Shown here one piece after another: positions 1 to 14,029 of a stretch of 64,000 nt of DNA. The stretch comes from Stegostoma tigrinum (Eukaryota). A program made the position numbers and the translations under genes. The first letter of the stretch is position 1, and each line of letters begins with the position of its first letter. A model generated the notes under the pieces. That model made no database searches and was not told the origin of the DNA. It saw only the letters and a list, made by a program, of their open reading frames with translations. Location of the stretch: the NCBI RefSeq assembly GCF_030684315.1, contig NC_081391.1:20854629-20918628 (forward strand). Reading direction: 5' to 3'.

Positions 1-390
1 TGCAAAAACATATAGCGGAAAGATCCCCTGCATAAATTAACACTCTTAGGAAAGCTCTGTTAACCAGTAATTGTGTACTTCAAAGCTGTATTATAAATGC
101 CCTGCAGTGTATTTATTTGCGTATTGACTTGAGAAGAACATGACTATCTGCGGTTTGTGTTACACAGACAACCAGGGAGTAAGCCAGGAACACCACCTAT
201 TCCCACAGAGCCAGGCACCACAGTCATTCATCAAAGTCTCTGGTGACCATTCAATGACCATGTGATGTCCATTAATTTGGACAATGTGCTTTGTGACCAC
301 TGGACATTCCCTGCATCTCAGGTCAATTTTGACCAGGACATCTATCAATCTCCAGATACATTTTCCCTTCTGGCAGGTCAACTGTATCCA
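1..390 (+). mobile_element. Degenerate Gypsy-like retroelement relic, copy upstream of ferritin copy 1 (partial, window edge)
   Basis: Alignable by eye to 4580-4950, 14870-15085, 19340-19830 and 32010-32400, which continue from RT-like motifs; shared string 'gttacacagacaaccagggagtaag...acctattcccacagag'. Confidence 0.55.
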
Positions 391-654
391 TCAGATGGTG
401 GAAAACTGCTTCATTAAAGGTAACATTTTTTAATCACTTCATACCCACCCCAGGATAGATACTTTCTGAGTAACGTGTTCAGGAGACAGCGGGACCTGAC
501 TGCAGAGTCTTCAGGCCCAGAGGTATGGACATTATCACAGCACATATCCATTCACCAAAAAAAAACAGCTAGATTGGCCTGTGTTAAGGGCCTATCATCC
601 AAAAGCACTTGCATCTTTAAGGCTAATTTCCCAAAAGTCTCTGTCATCAAAATC

Positions 655-816
655 TCTGATTGGCTCTGGGTCTTAGCCCCATCCCCATAACACCCTGTCC
701 CTTTCAATTGGGTGGTGGATTGATAGGGTATTCCAGATTGGCTGACAGGAATTATCAGTGATTATGGCTGATGTCAATCCCTGGTTAAGAGCAGGATGTT
801 CCCAGGACTATAAATA
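655..816 (+). promoter_or_regulatory. Ferritin promoter module: two inverted CCAAT boxes (ATTGG 659-663, 737-741), TGATGTCA (769-776), TATAAATA (809-816)
   Basis: Same motif order recurs upstream of most first exons in the window; TATA lies about 70 nt before the ATG. Function inferred from conservation and position. Confidence 0.75.
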
Positions 817-885
817 CAAGAGCCTGTGGGAGAGAGAGACTTAGTTCTAGAGTTTTCTTGGTGCTTGTGAGCAGGAATAGTGAAG

Positions 886-2631
<1,746 letters not shown>

Positions 2632-3479
2632 ACTGACTGCAGGCAGTGAGCTTGTTGTCATGTGTCTGAATGGGAGCCCTGTAGAGACTTCTCCTTTTTG
2701 TCGGAGCAGCTCATTGTCCTGCACCGAGAGTAAATAAACTGCTCAATATTGGACTGTCTTGCCTTCATTTCTGGGTTAATCCTTGCTGTGAGCTGTTCTG
2801 TAGCTTGATCCTGTTTTTGGTTCTGTTCTTGCTGATGGGGACAGTCTCTTCCCACCCCCACCCCACTGGGCTGTGGGTTTCAATGTCTGGTGCAGACAAC
2901 TGCCTGGACATACTTGTCTTTGGCATGGTGAGCTGCTCCCTTGAGCCACCCTCTATCTTGTATAGATGGACCCACAATACCCTTGAAGGAAGGAATTGGC
3001 TCTGACCCAGGAATGGCTGATTGTCCTGTCCTTCTCAGCAAAAGGACCAACTGAGCAGAGGGCTGTAACTCATCAGGCAAACCTGAGTGTTATTGAGAGG
3101 GAAAACTGATTCCAGTAAGTTAAGCATAACCAACAAATCCCAGCACTTCTGAGTTTGAATTAATGATCAAGTTTAAGATTAAGCTTGGGGAACTTTAGTT
3201 TTAACGTCGGCATCTTCTCAATCAACCTGTTGATTATCCTTACACTCCACTGCAGCAGGTGGGGTTTGAATTGTCTCCCAGACAACAACAGGTAGGGATG
3301 CTACCCCTGCACCACGAAGGGGTCTGCAAAACACAGCCTGCCAATTGTACACATTAGGAGAGAGCCAATATTCAATTTCATCCTGATTTTACTTTTATTG
3401 GCTTGTCAAGGTATCAGTTATTGTTCAGCTCCTGGGGAGTATTGGCAAAGGCCTAGGGTGCAGGGACAGTTCCTCAGAT

Positions 3480-4085
3480 GTGGACAGGGTGGGGAAGAAG
3501 GCATTTGGGATGCTTCCCCTCATGGGTCAGTGTAGGAGTTGGGATGCCATCCTAAAGCTGTGTAGGACACTAGTGAGGTCACTTTAGGAACACTACTTCT
3601 AATGTTCTCTTCCTTTTTTTTTTTGAAGGAACGATGACTTAAAGTTTCAGCCATGGGTTGTGGGACAAATCACAAGGAGGCTTAATAAGGCTGGGGCAAA
3701 CCTCCCCTGGAGCATCAGAGGCTGAGGGGAGACTTTTTCAGTTTGAGACACTGGGCCAGCATAGACAGAGTCAAGGTGTTTTTTTTTTTCATTCCCCTGT
3801 ACCCCCACACCCCCTGCCCCCCAACTATTGGTATACTAACGGGTGTATGGTGAGAGGGAAAGACTGAAAAGTGACCCGAAGAATAGCTTTACCCCTGTGG
3901 CTCATGTATGGAATGAGCTGTTGAAGGCTGGTAAACACCAAGCCATTAAGGTGCTTTTTAAGCAATGCAAAGAGAGAGGTTATAACCAAAAGTTGACAAA
4001 GTCTGGTAGATGAAGCTGGGTTAAACTTCCCATATCTGATCATTATGGATGAATTAGACCAAATGGTCAATTTCCATACCGTCTC
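3480..4085 (+). mobile_element. Highly degenerate CR1-like LINE 3' fragments
   Basis: Segments resembling the 3' part of the CR1 at 50400-51000 (e.g. 'gacagggtggggaagaaggcatttgggatgct', 'tgtaggacactagtgagg'). Confidence 0.4.
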
Positions 4086-4329
4086 TTTCAGACCCACTGC
4101 GAGCTATTAGACTAGCTGGTGAGCTGATGTTCTAATAGTTTGATTCTGCGACAGATTTGTACTCATTAATTAATATCAAGTTCGGGGACCCTGACAGGGA
4201 GCAAAACATGAAAGCTTACAACATTATCACCATCTTCCACTGGGATGATAACTGTAAGCATGAAAAATTATTCAAAGGGCTGTGACATATAACAAACAAA
4301 ACAGGAGCAAAGCCAGCACAATACAGGAG

Positions 4330-5080
4330 TGCAATATACACTTCTCATCAACTCATAACAGAAAGGAATCAGGGTCTTGTTTTCAACTGTACAAACATCA
4401 AATAAATTTGAGCCAAATCAATTTATTAGGTTCAATCTACACCAGCTGGTATTAGACATCCTACCAAAATAAAAGGTATACAGAAGATGCCTGTGCAAGA
4501 TAGAAATGACTTATAAAGGTTACTCGATTTCTTTAGCTTTCTCTGCCCCCATGTTCTGAAATTTGCAACCGCTCAGGAGTTCTCTGCAAAAACATATGGC
4601 AAAAAGACCTTTGCATAATTTCAATCTCAAAAATGCACTATTTACCAGTCAGTGTGCACCTCAACATTCTCTTCCATAATTTGCTGCAGTGTATTTATTT
4701 GGGTATTGACTCAAGAAGAACATGAGTATCTGTGGTTTGTTAAACCAACAACCAGGGAGAAAGCCAGGAACACCACCTATTCCCACAGAGTCAGTCACCA
4801 CAGTCATTCATCAAAGTCTCTGGTGACCATTGAATGACCATGTGATGTCCATTAGTTGGGATAAAGCCCTTTGTGACCACTGGACATTCCCTGTGTCTCA
4901 GATCCATTCTGACCAGGACATCTGTCAATCTCCAGATATATTCTCTGTTTGGGCGGGCCAACAATATTCGTTGGTGGTGTTTCTTCCGACAGGGCTGTGC
5001 ATGGATGGTGATTGGTGGCTCCTGATGTCAGTCACAGGCTCTCCCAACTGGCCTATCTAACCCAGAGTTAAATACAAAGG
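4330..5080 (+). mobile_element. Gypsy-like RT relic, second copy
   Basis: 'ggtcttgttttcaac' (GLVFN) and 'atgcctgtgcaagatagaaatgactta' (MPVQDRNDL); homologous to the other relic copies. Confidence 0.6.
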
Positions 5081-5375
5081 GACACATTTCATCACTTATC
5101 CCAGGACTGAATTTCTTAGAGTTACAGTGTCAAACAGTACAGAAACAGACCCTTCCATCCAACTTGTCCATGTTACCCAGGTATCTCAAAGTGAACTAGT
5201 CCCATTTGCCTGCATTTAGCTCATGTGCCTTGTTGAAGACTAGACCAAATCCTTCCAAATACATAAAGAGTGTTGTTTATTTTTCTTATTTTAAAGATAA
5301 TACTCCCAGGAGTATTAACACAAGATCTTATGGTAGAAAGGCTCAGTTCGAGAGTCGTCTGGGTAGGACCTGAAG

Positions 5376-5477
5376 ATGGCTCCCCAAGTGTGTCAGAACT
5401 ATCACCAGGACTGTGAGGATGCTGTTAACAAGCAGATCAACCTGGAGCTCTATTCCTCCTATGTTTACCTCTTTATG
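5376..5477 (+). pseudogene. Orphan ferritin exon 1 ([34 protein letters not shown])
   Basis: Open 102-nt exon with GT donor; TATA altered to TATTAACA and CCAAT module absent; followed by a copy-1-type intron start, then a Penelope insertion; no exons 2-4 before the next exon 1. Confidence 0.88.
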
Positions 5478-5679
5478 GTGAGCCTGGTGGTGTACAAGGC
5501 CCATTCTTTCTCCCTGTCTGCCACCCCACCCCATCAAGGGCAACTAGGGGTGGGCAATATGTTAGTGATGTCTATGTCCCATGTGTTTCACAGTTGTCTT
5601 TGAATTACATCGAGGATGGATAGAGTTTGTTTTAAGCCGATGAGTTGGCTTTTGAGTGTTTCTTTATTAGGATTATTCC

Positions 5680-5740
5680 ACGGCACAACATCGTGGGCCG
5701 AAGCACCTGTACTGTGCTGTACTTTTCTATGTTCTATGTT
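5680..5740 (+). mobile_element. Short CR1 3'-end fragment
   Basis: 'ggcacaacatcgtgggccgaag..cctgtactgtgctgta..ttctatgttctatg' matches the tail of the CR1 at 50985-51043. Confidence 0.65.
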
Positions 5741-5809
5741 CTTCCCTCTACCGACCTCCTATCCACTAAAGTGATTATTCAAGTCTGCTTTTTTATTGGT
5801 TGCCTTGTG

Positions 5810-7190
5810 CACCCCAACCTCAAGTTGACCTGTGTCATCTCCAACACATCCCTCACCTTCCTGGGCCTCTCAGTCTCCATCTCAAGTAACGAACTAGAAA
5901 CTGATGTCCATTTCAAGCCTACTGACTCCCACAGCTACCTAGAATACACCTCCTCCCACGCACCCTCCTGCAAAAATTCCATCCCCTATTCCCAATTCGT
6001 CTGCCTCCGCCGCATCTGCTCCCAGGATGAGGCATTCCACTCCTGCACATCCCAGGTGTCCACGTTCTTCAAGGACCGCAACTTTCCCCCCACAGTGGTC
6101 GAGAACGCTCTTGACCACGTCTCCCGCATTTCCCGCAACTTTTCCCACCCCGGCCACAACTGCCTCCAGAGGATCCCCCTCGTTCTCACATACCACCCCA
6201 CCAACCTCCGGATACAACGCATCATCCTCCATCACTTCCACCATCTACAATCCGACCCCACCACCCAAGCTATTTTTCCATCCCCACCCTTGTCTGCTTT
6301 CCGGAGAGACCACTCTCTCCGCGACTCCCTTGTCTGCTCCACACTCCCCTCCAACTCCACCACACCCGGCACCTTCCCCTGCAACCGCAGGAAGTGCTAC
6401 ACTTGCCCCCACACCACCTCCCTCACCCCCATCCCAGGCCCCAAGATGACCTTCCATATCAAGCAGATGTTCACCTGCACATCTGCCAATGTGGTATATT
6501 GTATCCATTGTATCCGGTGTGGCTTCCTCTACATTGGGGAAACCAAGCGGAGACTTGGGGACCGCTTTGCAGAACACCTCCGCTCGGTTCGCAATAAACA
6601 ACTGCACCTCCCAGTCGCGAACCATTTCAACTCCCCCTCCCATTCCTCAGACGACATGTCCATGGGCCTCCTGCAGTGCCACAATGATGCCACCCGAAGG
6701 TTGCAGGAACAGCAACTCATATTCCGCTTGGGAACCCTGCAGCCCAATGGTATCAATGTGGACTTCACCAGCTTCAAAATCTCCCCCACTGCATCCCAAA
6801 ACCAGCCCAGCTCGTCCCCTCCCCCCACTGCATCCCAAAACCAGCCCAGCCTGTCTCTGCTGCCCTAACCTGTTCTTCCTCTCACCCATCCCTTCCTCCC
6901 ACCTCAAGCCGTACCTCCATTTCCTACCTACCACCTCATCCCGCCTCCTTGACCTGTCCATCTTCCCTGGACTGACCTATCCCCTCCCTACCTCCTCACC
7001 TGTACTCTCTTCTCTACTTATCTTCTTTTCTCTCCATCTTCGGTCCGCCTCCCCCTCTCTCCCTATTTATTCCAGTTCCCTCTCCCCATCCCACTCTCTG
7101 ATGAAGGGTCTAGGCCCAAAACGTCAGCTTTTGTGCTCCTGAGATGCTGCTTGACCTGCTGTGTTCATCCAGCTCCACACTTTGTCATTT
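5810..7190 (+). mobile_element. 5'-truncated Penelope-like retroelement (RT C-terminus, Cys linker, GIY-YIG endonuclease, terminal repeat)
   Basis: ORF 5645-6868 contains FKPTDSHSYLEYTSSH, SIPYSQF..LRRICS, CNRRKCYTC and NVVYCIHC..CGFLYIGETKRRLGDRFAEH (GIY-YIG). Tail has CTGATGA-agggtctaggccc-aaaacgtc at 7098-7125. Confidence 0.9.
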
Positions 7191-7194
7191 AGCA

Positions 7195-7385
7195 TGCTTT
7201 TGTTGATCAGTACTTTGACAATAGGAGCTTGGAAGTTATGTTGAGGTTGTACCGGACACTGGTGATGCTTCTTTGGAGTACTGTGTCTAGTTATGTTCGC
7301 TCAGTTATAGGGAGGATATTATTAAGATGGAGAGGATTCAGAAGAGTTTTACACAGGATGATGCTGGGAATGGATGGTTTGAGTT
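7195..7385 (+). mobile_element. CR1-like RT 3' fragment
   Basis: ORF 7229 begins EVMLRLYRTLV, matching the CR1 segment EVMLHLYKILMR near 50480. Confidence 0.6.
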
Positions 7386-7529
7386 CTTCACTTCTACCAG
7401 ATTATTCAAAGCATTTTTTGACGTTCTCCATGTGCCTGGTGGGCAGGCGTGCTCTTGCTCAGGAGATAAACATAGCCCTAGGATGTAAATTCTTAACAAG
7501 TATTTCATAAGTGGGTGTTTTTCAAATGC

Positions 7530-7840
7530 TTCCCAATCAACAACAAAAACAGAACTTGCTGGACAAGGTCAGCACATCTGGCAATATCTGTGAAGAAAAA
7601 ATCAGAGTTAACATTTCGGATCCAGTGGCCCTTCCTCAGAACTGATGGTAGCAAGGAAAACATCAGCTTATGGGCAGACGAAAGGGATCTGTTGGGGTAG
7701 GGACTAAACAACAGGATAGAGGATGAAGCCCAAAGTCACAAGAGCAGTTGGCTAGACAAAGGAGTTGATAACAGTATGGCTAGGAAGGTGAATAGGTATT
7801 AATGGGGATTGTTAGTAACCAACAATATGTAATATGTAAT
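7530..7840 (-). mobile_element. Penelope terminal-repeat (pLTR-like) solo copy, second family
   Basis: Reverse complement matches the 3' terminus of the Penelope element at 24880-25150 and its inverted copy at 22460-22750. Confidence 0.7.
7601..7646 (-). ncRNA. Minimal hammerhead ribozyme-like motif
   Basis: Minus strand reads atc-agtt-CTGAGGA-agggccactggatcc-GAAA-tg-tt-aact-ctgat: both catalytic boxes, stem I (agtt/aact), a short stem II, and almost no stem III. Activity untested. Confidence 0.6.
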
Positions 7841-9234
7841 AACAGTACATCATCCTTGATTTGAGACTGAAATTATCACAGAGAGAGCTGAGGGCAGGAG
7901 TACAGCTATGACAGCACCAACTCCCCGATGTCCATTGCTGCCTCTGAACTCATGATTCCCTCAATTTCAGCTGGTATCCCCACCTGGCGTCCCTACCTCT
8001 GCTCTGGCAAGCCCTCTCCTGGTTTTTTACAAATAGTATCGTCATTGTGACCACATTAGACATGGTCTTGTTTCAGTGCTCAAACAGCTGGCTGGTTACA
8101 TTCCAAATCCTACAGCTCACAAAACAGTGAAAGGAGGTTTTGTTTTCACCTGTTCATGTGACTGAGCACTGACCACTTTCAGATGACTATTGTCTGTACC
8201 CGCACTGTCCAAGGGACATACAACGTGTTGGATGAATAAAAGCAGAAAGGCTCAAGTTAAGTCCCAAGACTCTCCAAGTATCAAATGTTAAATCTTGTCT
8301 CATAAATACCTCTCAATATATAGTGAACATTTACAGAAAGAACAGAACATCAGACTGTGTGATGTTTTTCATCAGCAAGAAAACATTCCACTCGGAACTT
8401 GGCAGTGCTGGGAGTACCAGAATTCCGGTCGAGGCATCTCATTGATGAACTTTCCATTTCATCAACTTGTTCCACTCACAGACTGACTGCAAACTATCTA
8501 GCGCATGTCAATATCCTCCAATTAAAACATCAGAGTAAATAGTTTATGTTCGTTGACCCTTCCTCAGAAGGGAGCAAGTTCTGATCAAGTATTATTGGAT
8601 CCAAACCATTAATTCTGGTTTCACTTCACAGATGGTTCCAGGCCTCTTTAAATTTTTGAGAAATTTCTGTTGTTATTTCTGATTTACAGCATCCATGATT
8701 CTTTCAGTTTTTATTTAATATCCTCCAACTATTGTAATTAATCAGTGCCACTGACCTGTTCTGGACCTGATGAGAGATGTATCAATTCATCAAGAGATAG
8801 GCGAACACAGATGCAATTGTGCTCAATGTTGTCTCCAGGTTTGAATTTCTTGAAATGTATTAGGAAACTCTGATTTAGAGAATTCTATCAGTTTCAACTT
8901 GAAGACAGTCCAGCAACTACATTCCATTGCAGACAAGAGTCCATGACATAATTGTAAGAAAGTGAAGCATGTGCAGGAAACCTTCAGAAATGGTTTAAAA
9001 TTGGTAAAGGTGTAGGAGATAGAGGAGAGCTAATGGCTGTCTACTTTGGATAGCAAAGCTATGGCAATCTTTCCCCAGGAACCTGTACATGGGCCTGGGG
9101 GGGTCATGTTTAGAATGAATACAGAGATGTGCATGTAGGTTTCCTTCAATCCCCATCCAAAGAATACCTTAAATCTGGGCATCGCTCTCTCAAAACCTTA
9201 GTTGAGAATTATGGACCCTTCCTCTTCATTGGGT

Positions 9235-9336
9235 TCAGGATTGATGGGATATTCCTGATTGGCTGTCAGGAATTGTCAGTGGTCATTAGTGATGTCATTC
9301 CCTGTTTGAGTGCAGGATGTCCCAGGAGTATAAATA
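9235..9336 (+). promoter_or_regulatory. Ferritin promoter module with TATAAATA (9329-9336)
   Basis: ttcctgATTGGctg, gTGATGTCAt and cccaggagTATAAATA as in the other copies. Confidence 0.7.
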
Positions 9337-9390
9337 CTAGAGCTTGTGGTACAAAGACTTAGTACTAGGGCTGTTTAGGTGATAGTGAAG

Positions 9391-9492
9391 ATGGTTTCCC
9401 AAGTGTGTCAGAACTACCACAAGGACTGTGAGGATGCTGTTAACAAGCAGATCAACCTGGAGCTCTATTCCTCCTATGTTTACCTCTCCATG
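9391..9492 (+). pseudogene. Ferritin exon 1 (first of a tandem pair) with promoter
   Basis: Coding part matches copy 1 exon 1 by eye; GT donor; a second exon 1 follows 350 nt downstream. Confidence 0.85.
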
Positions 9493-9842
9493 GTGAGCTT
9501 TGTGGAATTGAAGCCTGTGCTATGATAGTGTTGACCTGTTTGGTTTTTACGCTGGGTTAATGAATTAGCTGTAACATGTATTATTTTCTGTGGCCCTTCC
9601 CCTGTTGCAATCTAGTGCAGGTCTTAACACTGACTCTCTGTTCAAAACTTGACCATTGTCTTCATGTCCAACTGGCTCCTGGATGTGGACGCCCAGCTTG
9701 CTGTCTCTGGACAATGTAACCCTTGGTGATTTTTCATCTAACTCTGGAGGGATGATGTGGTCTTGGTTAATAATTAACAGCTTTGGGGATTGAGGCCTTT
9801 GTTCCAGAGTTGTCCTTGTGCTTGTGAGCAGGAATAGTGAAG

Positions 9843-12800
9843 ATGGCTTCCCAAGTGTGTCAGAACTACCACAAGGACTGTGAGGATGCTGTTAACAAGC
9901 AGATCAACCTGGAGCTCTATTCCTCCTATGTTTACCTCTCCATGGTGAGAATTATGAAGGACCTATTTCTAAGTTAAGGCTGTGATATGATTGTTCTGTG
10001 ACAATGAATTAGCTCATTCAACCCTCCCATGTTTTGGGTTTTAAAGTTTTTTTTTATTTTAATATGAAACTTGTTTTTGTGAGTGGGTAGTGCCTGTGTG
10101 CCATTGGTCTGTTTGGTAATGCCTTTCTATGGTCCTCCAAGGGATAAGTATATGGTTGAAACACTCTAGAAATCAGATCCCTATTCTGTAATTGTTGTTT
10201 AAACATAACTTGGCAATTGAGATTTCTAACATTCCTTCATATCTTTAAGTACACCTTACTGGAATGGGAAGCTGCAGCAAACTATTTCAGTTGGTGGAAC
10301 CCCTACTGAAAATAGGCAAGAAGTCAGTAGGTCAGGGAGACTTCTTGCAGAGAAGGCAAGCTAATGTGCTGAGTCTGGATCTATCTTTAGAGTTGATGTA
10401 TTTCTGATCCATGTTGCTCTAATGTTCCTTTTCTTGCAGGTCACTACAACAGCCTCCTGCTTGGGTACCTACTTATTTGTCCTTTGCATGTTGCAATGCT
10501 CCAGTGAATCTAAGCAAACTGGAAGAACAATATCTCTCTTGACCAGGTGGTTGATGACACCCTTTGGACTTAATAGGAGACTCCTGATACACCCAGGGTT
10601 CTGAAGCAATGTGGTAGGAAATTAACTCTCATTGAGATGAATGCTGGATGGGTTTGTCAATAAAAGCACCAGTTTTCTGTTGATTAATTGCTCATCTGCT
10701 GAGTTGTTGTAGGATGGAGCTTTTGGTGTACTTGGCTAGTCTTCATTTGACTAATGATGCTTCAGACAATGGCCTTGCTCCAAGATCACTGAAATATATG
10801 GTGAATTACCTCTGCATCTGTTCTGATATCCTTTACTGTTTTGCTTACAATCCAGATTTCCCACCACTTCCCAACTCCAAGGCTAGTTGTCATGGGCACT
10901 CTGTCTGAAACTTGACATTTTTTTATTTTGATTCTATATAAAATCTGATCATGATTCAGTGGATTCTAATAACACCCACCGTTCCTTGAATTGGTTCCAA
11001 TTCTCAATGTTAGACATTAGAAAAGTGTGCCCTCCTCTTCCTAGCAGAAGGGGTTTTAGCCCCATTGTTTAACCCCCCTCTAGGATCTATACAGGGGCAT
11101 CAGTCCTTCCCACTTCTATTGCTGAAAGGATAGAGCTATAAATCAATCATTTGATGGTAAATGTCTCAAGAAATTCTCTCAATAGAAGCAGGAAACTGCC
11201 AAGATTGCTGAAATTCTGTGATTGAAACAGAGTACATTCAGTCCATGCAATTGCATTCTGCTTCAAGAAGCATTACCTTGCCCCAATCTTTCTTTCCCTT
11301 CCCAAACCTTGCACAATGTTTTAATTTAAATTAAAAACATCTGCTGCCCTCCTGAACATGGCCCCATACTTTGAGGTAGAAAAAAGACCTCAATCATTTG
11401 CCTTATCTATGCTCCTCTGCATTTTAGTACTTTTAGGTCACCCCTCAACATCCAAATTTCCAGGGGAATCTCCAGCTAAAGCATTCCAACTCTAGTAACA
11501 TGCATGGAAGTAAGTGAGCTCCCCAAATGGGAACAATTTCATTTTCTAGTTGAATCATGTGCCTTGCTGAGGGATTTCACCAGAATTGCTGACTTTATAA
11601 AGAACCAATTATAACTAACTGTTTCAATTTAGCAACTTACTTTTAGCTTAAAGTATCTGAAAGCTGTTAAATTGACCACTGGTATTATCTTCCAACCATA
11701 GATGATGCCTGACCTCTCTTTCCACTCCCTCTGTTTGCAGTTCTTACTTCATCCGGGATGATGTTGCCCTGCATCACTTTGCTGAGTTCTTCATGGAGCA
11801 GTCCCATGAGGAACGGGAACATGCTGAGAAACTGATGGCATTCCAGAATAAACGTGGAGGCCGAGTCCTCCTGCAGGACATCAAGGTTGGGTTTAACTAT
11901 ACCTATTAAGCTTCACTGGAGCTTGTGGTTCCAAGTGTGGAACAATCGAATAACTGCCATAGCTAGTATGGCATGCTATTTCATCTTGCCTCCCTCTTTC
12001 CTTTGCGGCTTTTCCAATCTATTGAAACATCTGCCGCTTCCCTCCCTCCAGAAGCCAGAGCAGGATGAGTGGGGCAGTGGTCTGGAGGCAATGGAGAGAG
12101 CTCTGCAGATGGAGAAGGATGTGAACCAGAGTCTGCTGGATCTGCACAAACTCGCCTCTGGCAACACAGATCCTCATGTGAGTTCCTGATGTGGGTTTTT
12201 GAAATTTAGTTGCAGAATTCCATAGCCAATGGGCATAGGCATTAGCTTGATCTGACCACAGCATATCAGCTAGTGGCTGACAGAACACAAATATTTCATG
12301 ATGTTGGGATCGTGAGTTTCATCTGTATGTAATTCAATTTTTAACAGTCATTTTTTTTCAAACAGCAAGGGCAGAGGTGATGAGCTGGTTAGCAAAGACT
12401 AATTGCGTAAACATCTTGGGAGGTCTTGTATTTTGATGGCCTGAACTGGTGTTGGGTTCTGATTTTCTTGTAGCGTCAATGTTTTGGAGTCCCACAGAAT
12501 GGGAGGTTTCACTGCTTCCTGGCTGCTAATCTGAGTTTTCCCCTTCCCAAATGGCGAGGGAGTTGATTTTGCCAATGTGTCTGAGGTTATGAATTAACTA
12601 GTCTAAGTATACCTAATATAGTCATAATTCTGACCTAACAAGGCGTTGAGTTGGATGTACACAGCAGGCCAAGCAGCTTCAGGAGCAGGAAAGCTGACAT
12701 TTTTAGGGCCGAGACCCTTCAGAAAAAAAAATTGTAGTTCTGTTCTTCTAACAACCTCTGGATGTATTTCATCTACAGCATTTAGAATTGTCTTGGTCAA

Positions 12801-13201
12801 CATTTTAGTAGACCAGTTACATCTGCATCCAAAACAGATACTTCATTCTCCTTTAAAATAAACCCCATGCCTAGGCGAGTTTAAGAGTAGGGGGAGGGGT
12901 TGGAAATGAGGTAGTGCCTGGTCCCTGGCTCCTTTCACTAGAGTTGCATGAATATAATCTGATCTGTTGCTCAGGTTCACAGGCTGACAGCTCAAACAGT
13001 CAAGGGAAACTGGTCTTGTCTAAATTCCTTTGCCACCTTCTTTTGGTCAGCTGTGTGACTTTCTGGAGAGGCACTACTTGGATGAGCAAGTGAAGATGAT
13101 CAAGAAGCTGGGAGATCACCAACCTGAAGAGACTAGGAGCCCCTGACAATGGCATGGGAGAGTACGTGTTTGACAGGCTCACCCTGGGGGAGAGTGACTG
13201 A
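9843..13201 (+). pseudogene. Ferritin copy 2, frameshifted
   Basis: Exons 9843-9944, 11741-11885 (145 nt; 2-nt loss gives TGA at codon 7), 12052-12177, 13051-13201 (151 nt; ATCAC lost from GATCACATCACC). Confidence 0.9.
12636..12728 (-). mobile_element. Short Penelope-terminal-derived repeat in intron 3 of copy 2
   Basis: Reverse complement of the 'gaagggtct.ggccc...gctgcttggcctgctgtg...atcca' unit at 7100-7190. Confidence 0.7.
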
Positions 13202-13777
13202 ACTGCCTGCAGAGAGCGAGATTGTTGCCATGTCTAAATGGGGCACCTGTGGAGGCTTTCCTCTTTATACAAGCAGCTCATTGTCCTGCACCAAGTGTGA
13301 ATAAACTGCTCAATATTGGACTGTCTTGCCTCCCTTTATTGGTTAATCCTTGCTGTGTGCTATAGCTTGATCCTGTTTGGTTCTGTTCCTTCCTGATTGG
13401 AACACTTCCCTACTGGGGTGGTGGGTTTTGCTGTCTGGCCCAAACAATAGCCTGGACCTAGTCACCTTTTGAGATGGTGAGCTGCTGCCTTGAACCACTG
13501 TCCCATCTTCTGTTTTGGGTAGACCCACAATACCTTTAAAGGAAGGAATTAGCACTGACCCAGGAACAGTGAAGGGTCAGGAATGGCTCAGACCTAGACC
13601 TCTCAGCAAAGGGATCAGCTGAGCAGAAGTTTCACCTGACGGCTTCCAACCCCAAGATCCCAGTGAATTAAGCATAACCAAATTCAGGAATTTCAAATCA
13701 AACCCAGAAGAATCTCACCTTTTAAGGTCATACCTATAGAATTTTACATTTGATGATAATGCTGAACAGAAAATATT

Positions 13778-13875
13778 TTCTGAAGAAGGGTCTAGGCCCA
13801 AAACATCAGTCTTCCTGATCCTCTGATGCCTCTTCACCTGCTGCGTTCATCCAGCTCCACACCTTGTTATCTCAG
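13778..13875 (+). mobile_element. Short Penelope-terminal-derived repeat
   Basis: CTGAAGA-agggtctaggccc-aaaacatcag...ttcatccagctccacaccttgttatctc. Confidence 0.72.
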
Positions 13876-14029
13876 GTCTTTTTATAGACATGGTTTTTTG
13901 TGAGTAGCCGATAACAAAGAATGGCAGGGAGGAAAACTGGATCTAGCACTGGGCCCTGGGGTGTTCGGAAGAATAAAATCCCTTGGCATTTCTGTTGTTG
14001 TTGTCATCAAGGCTTTTTGATGACATTCA

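Noticed and set aside
5645-6868. 407-aa ORF as a host gene or ferritin-endonuclease fusion
   Set aside because: Non-ATG start, N-terminus runs through intron and CR1 debris, remainder is a truncated Penelope lacking the RT core; no convincing acceptor found.
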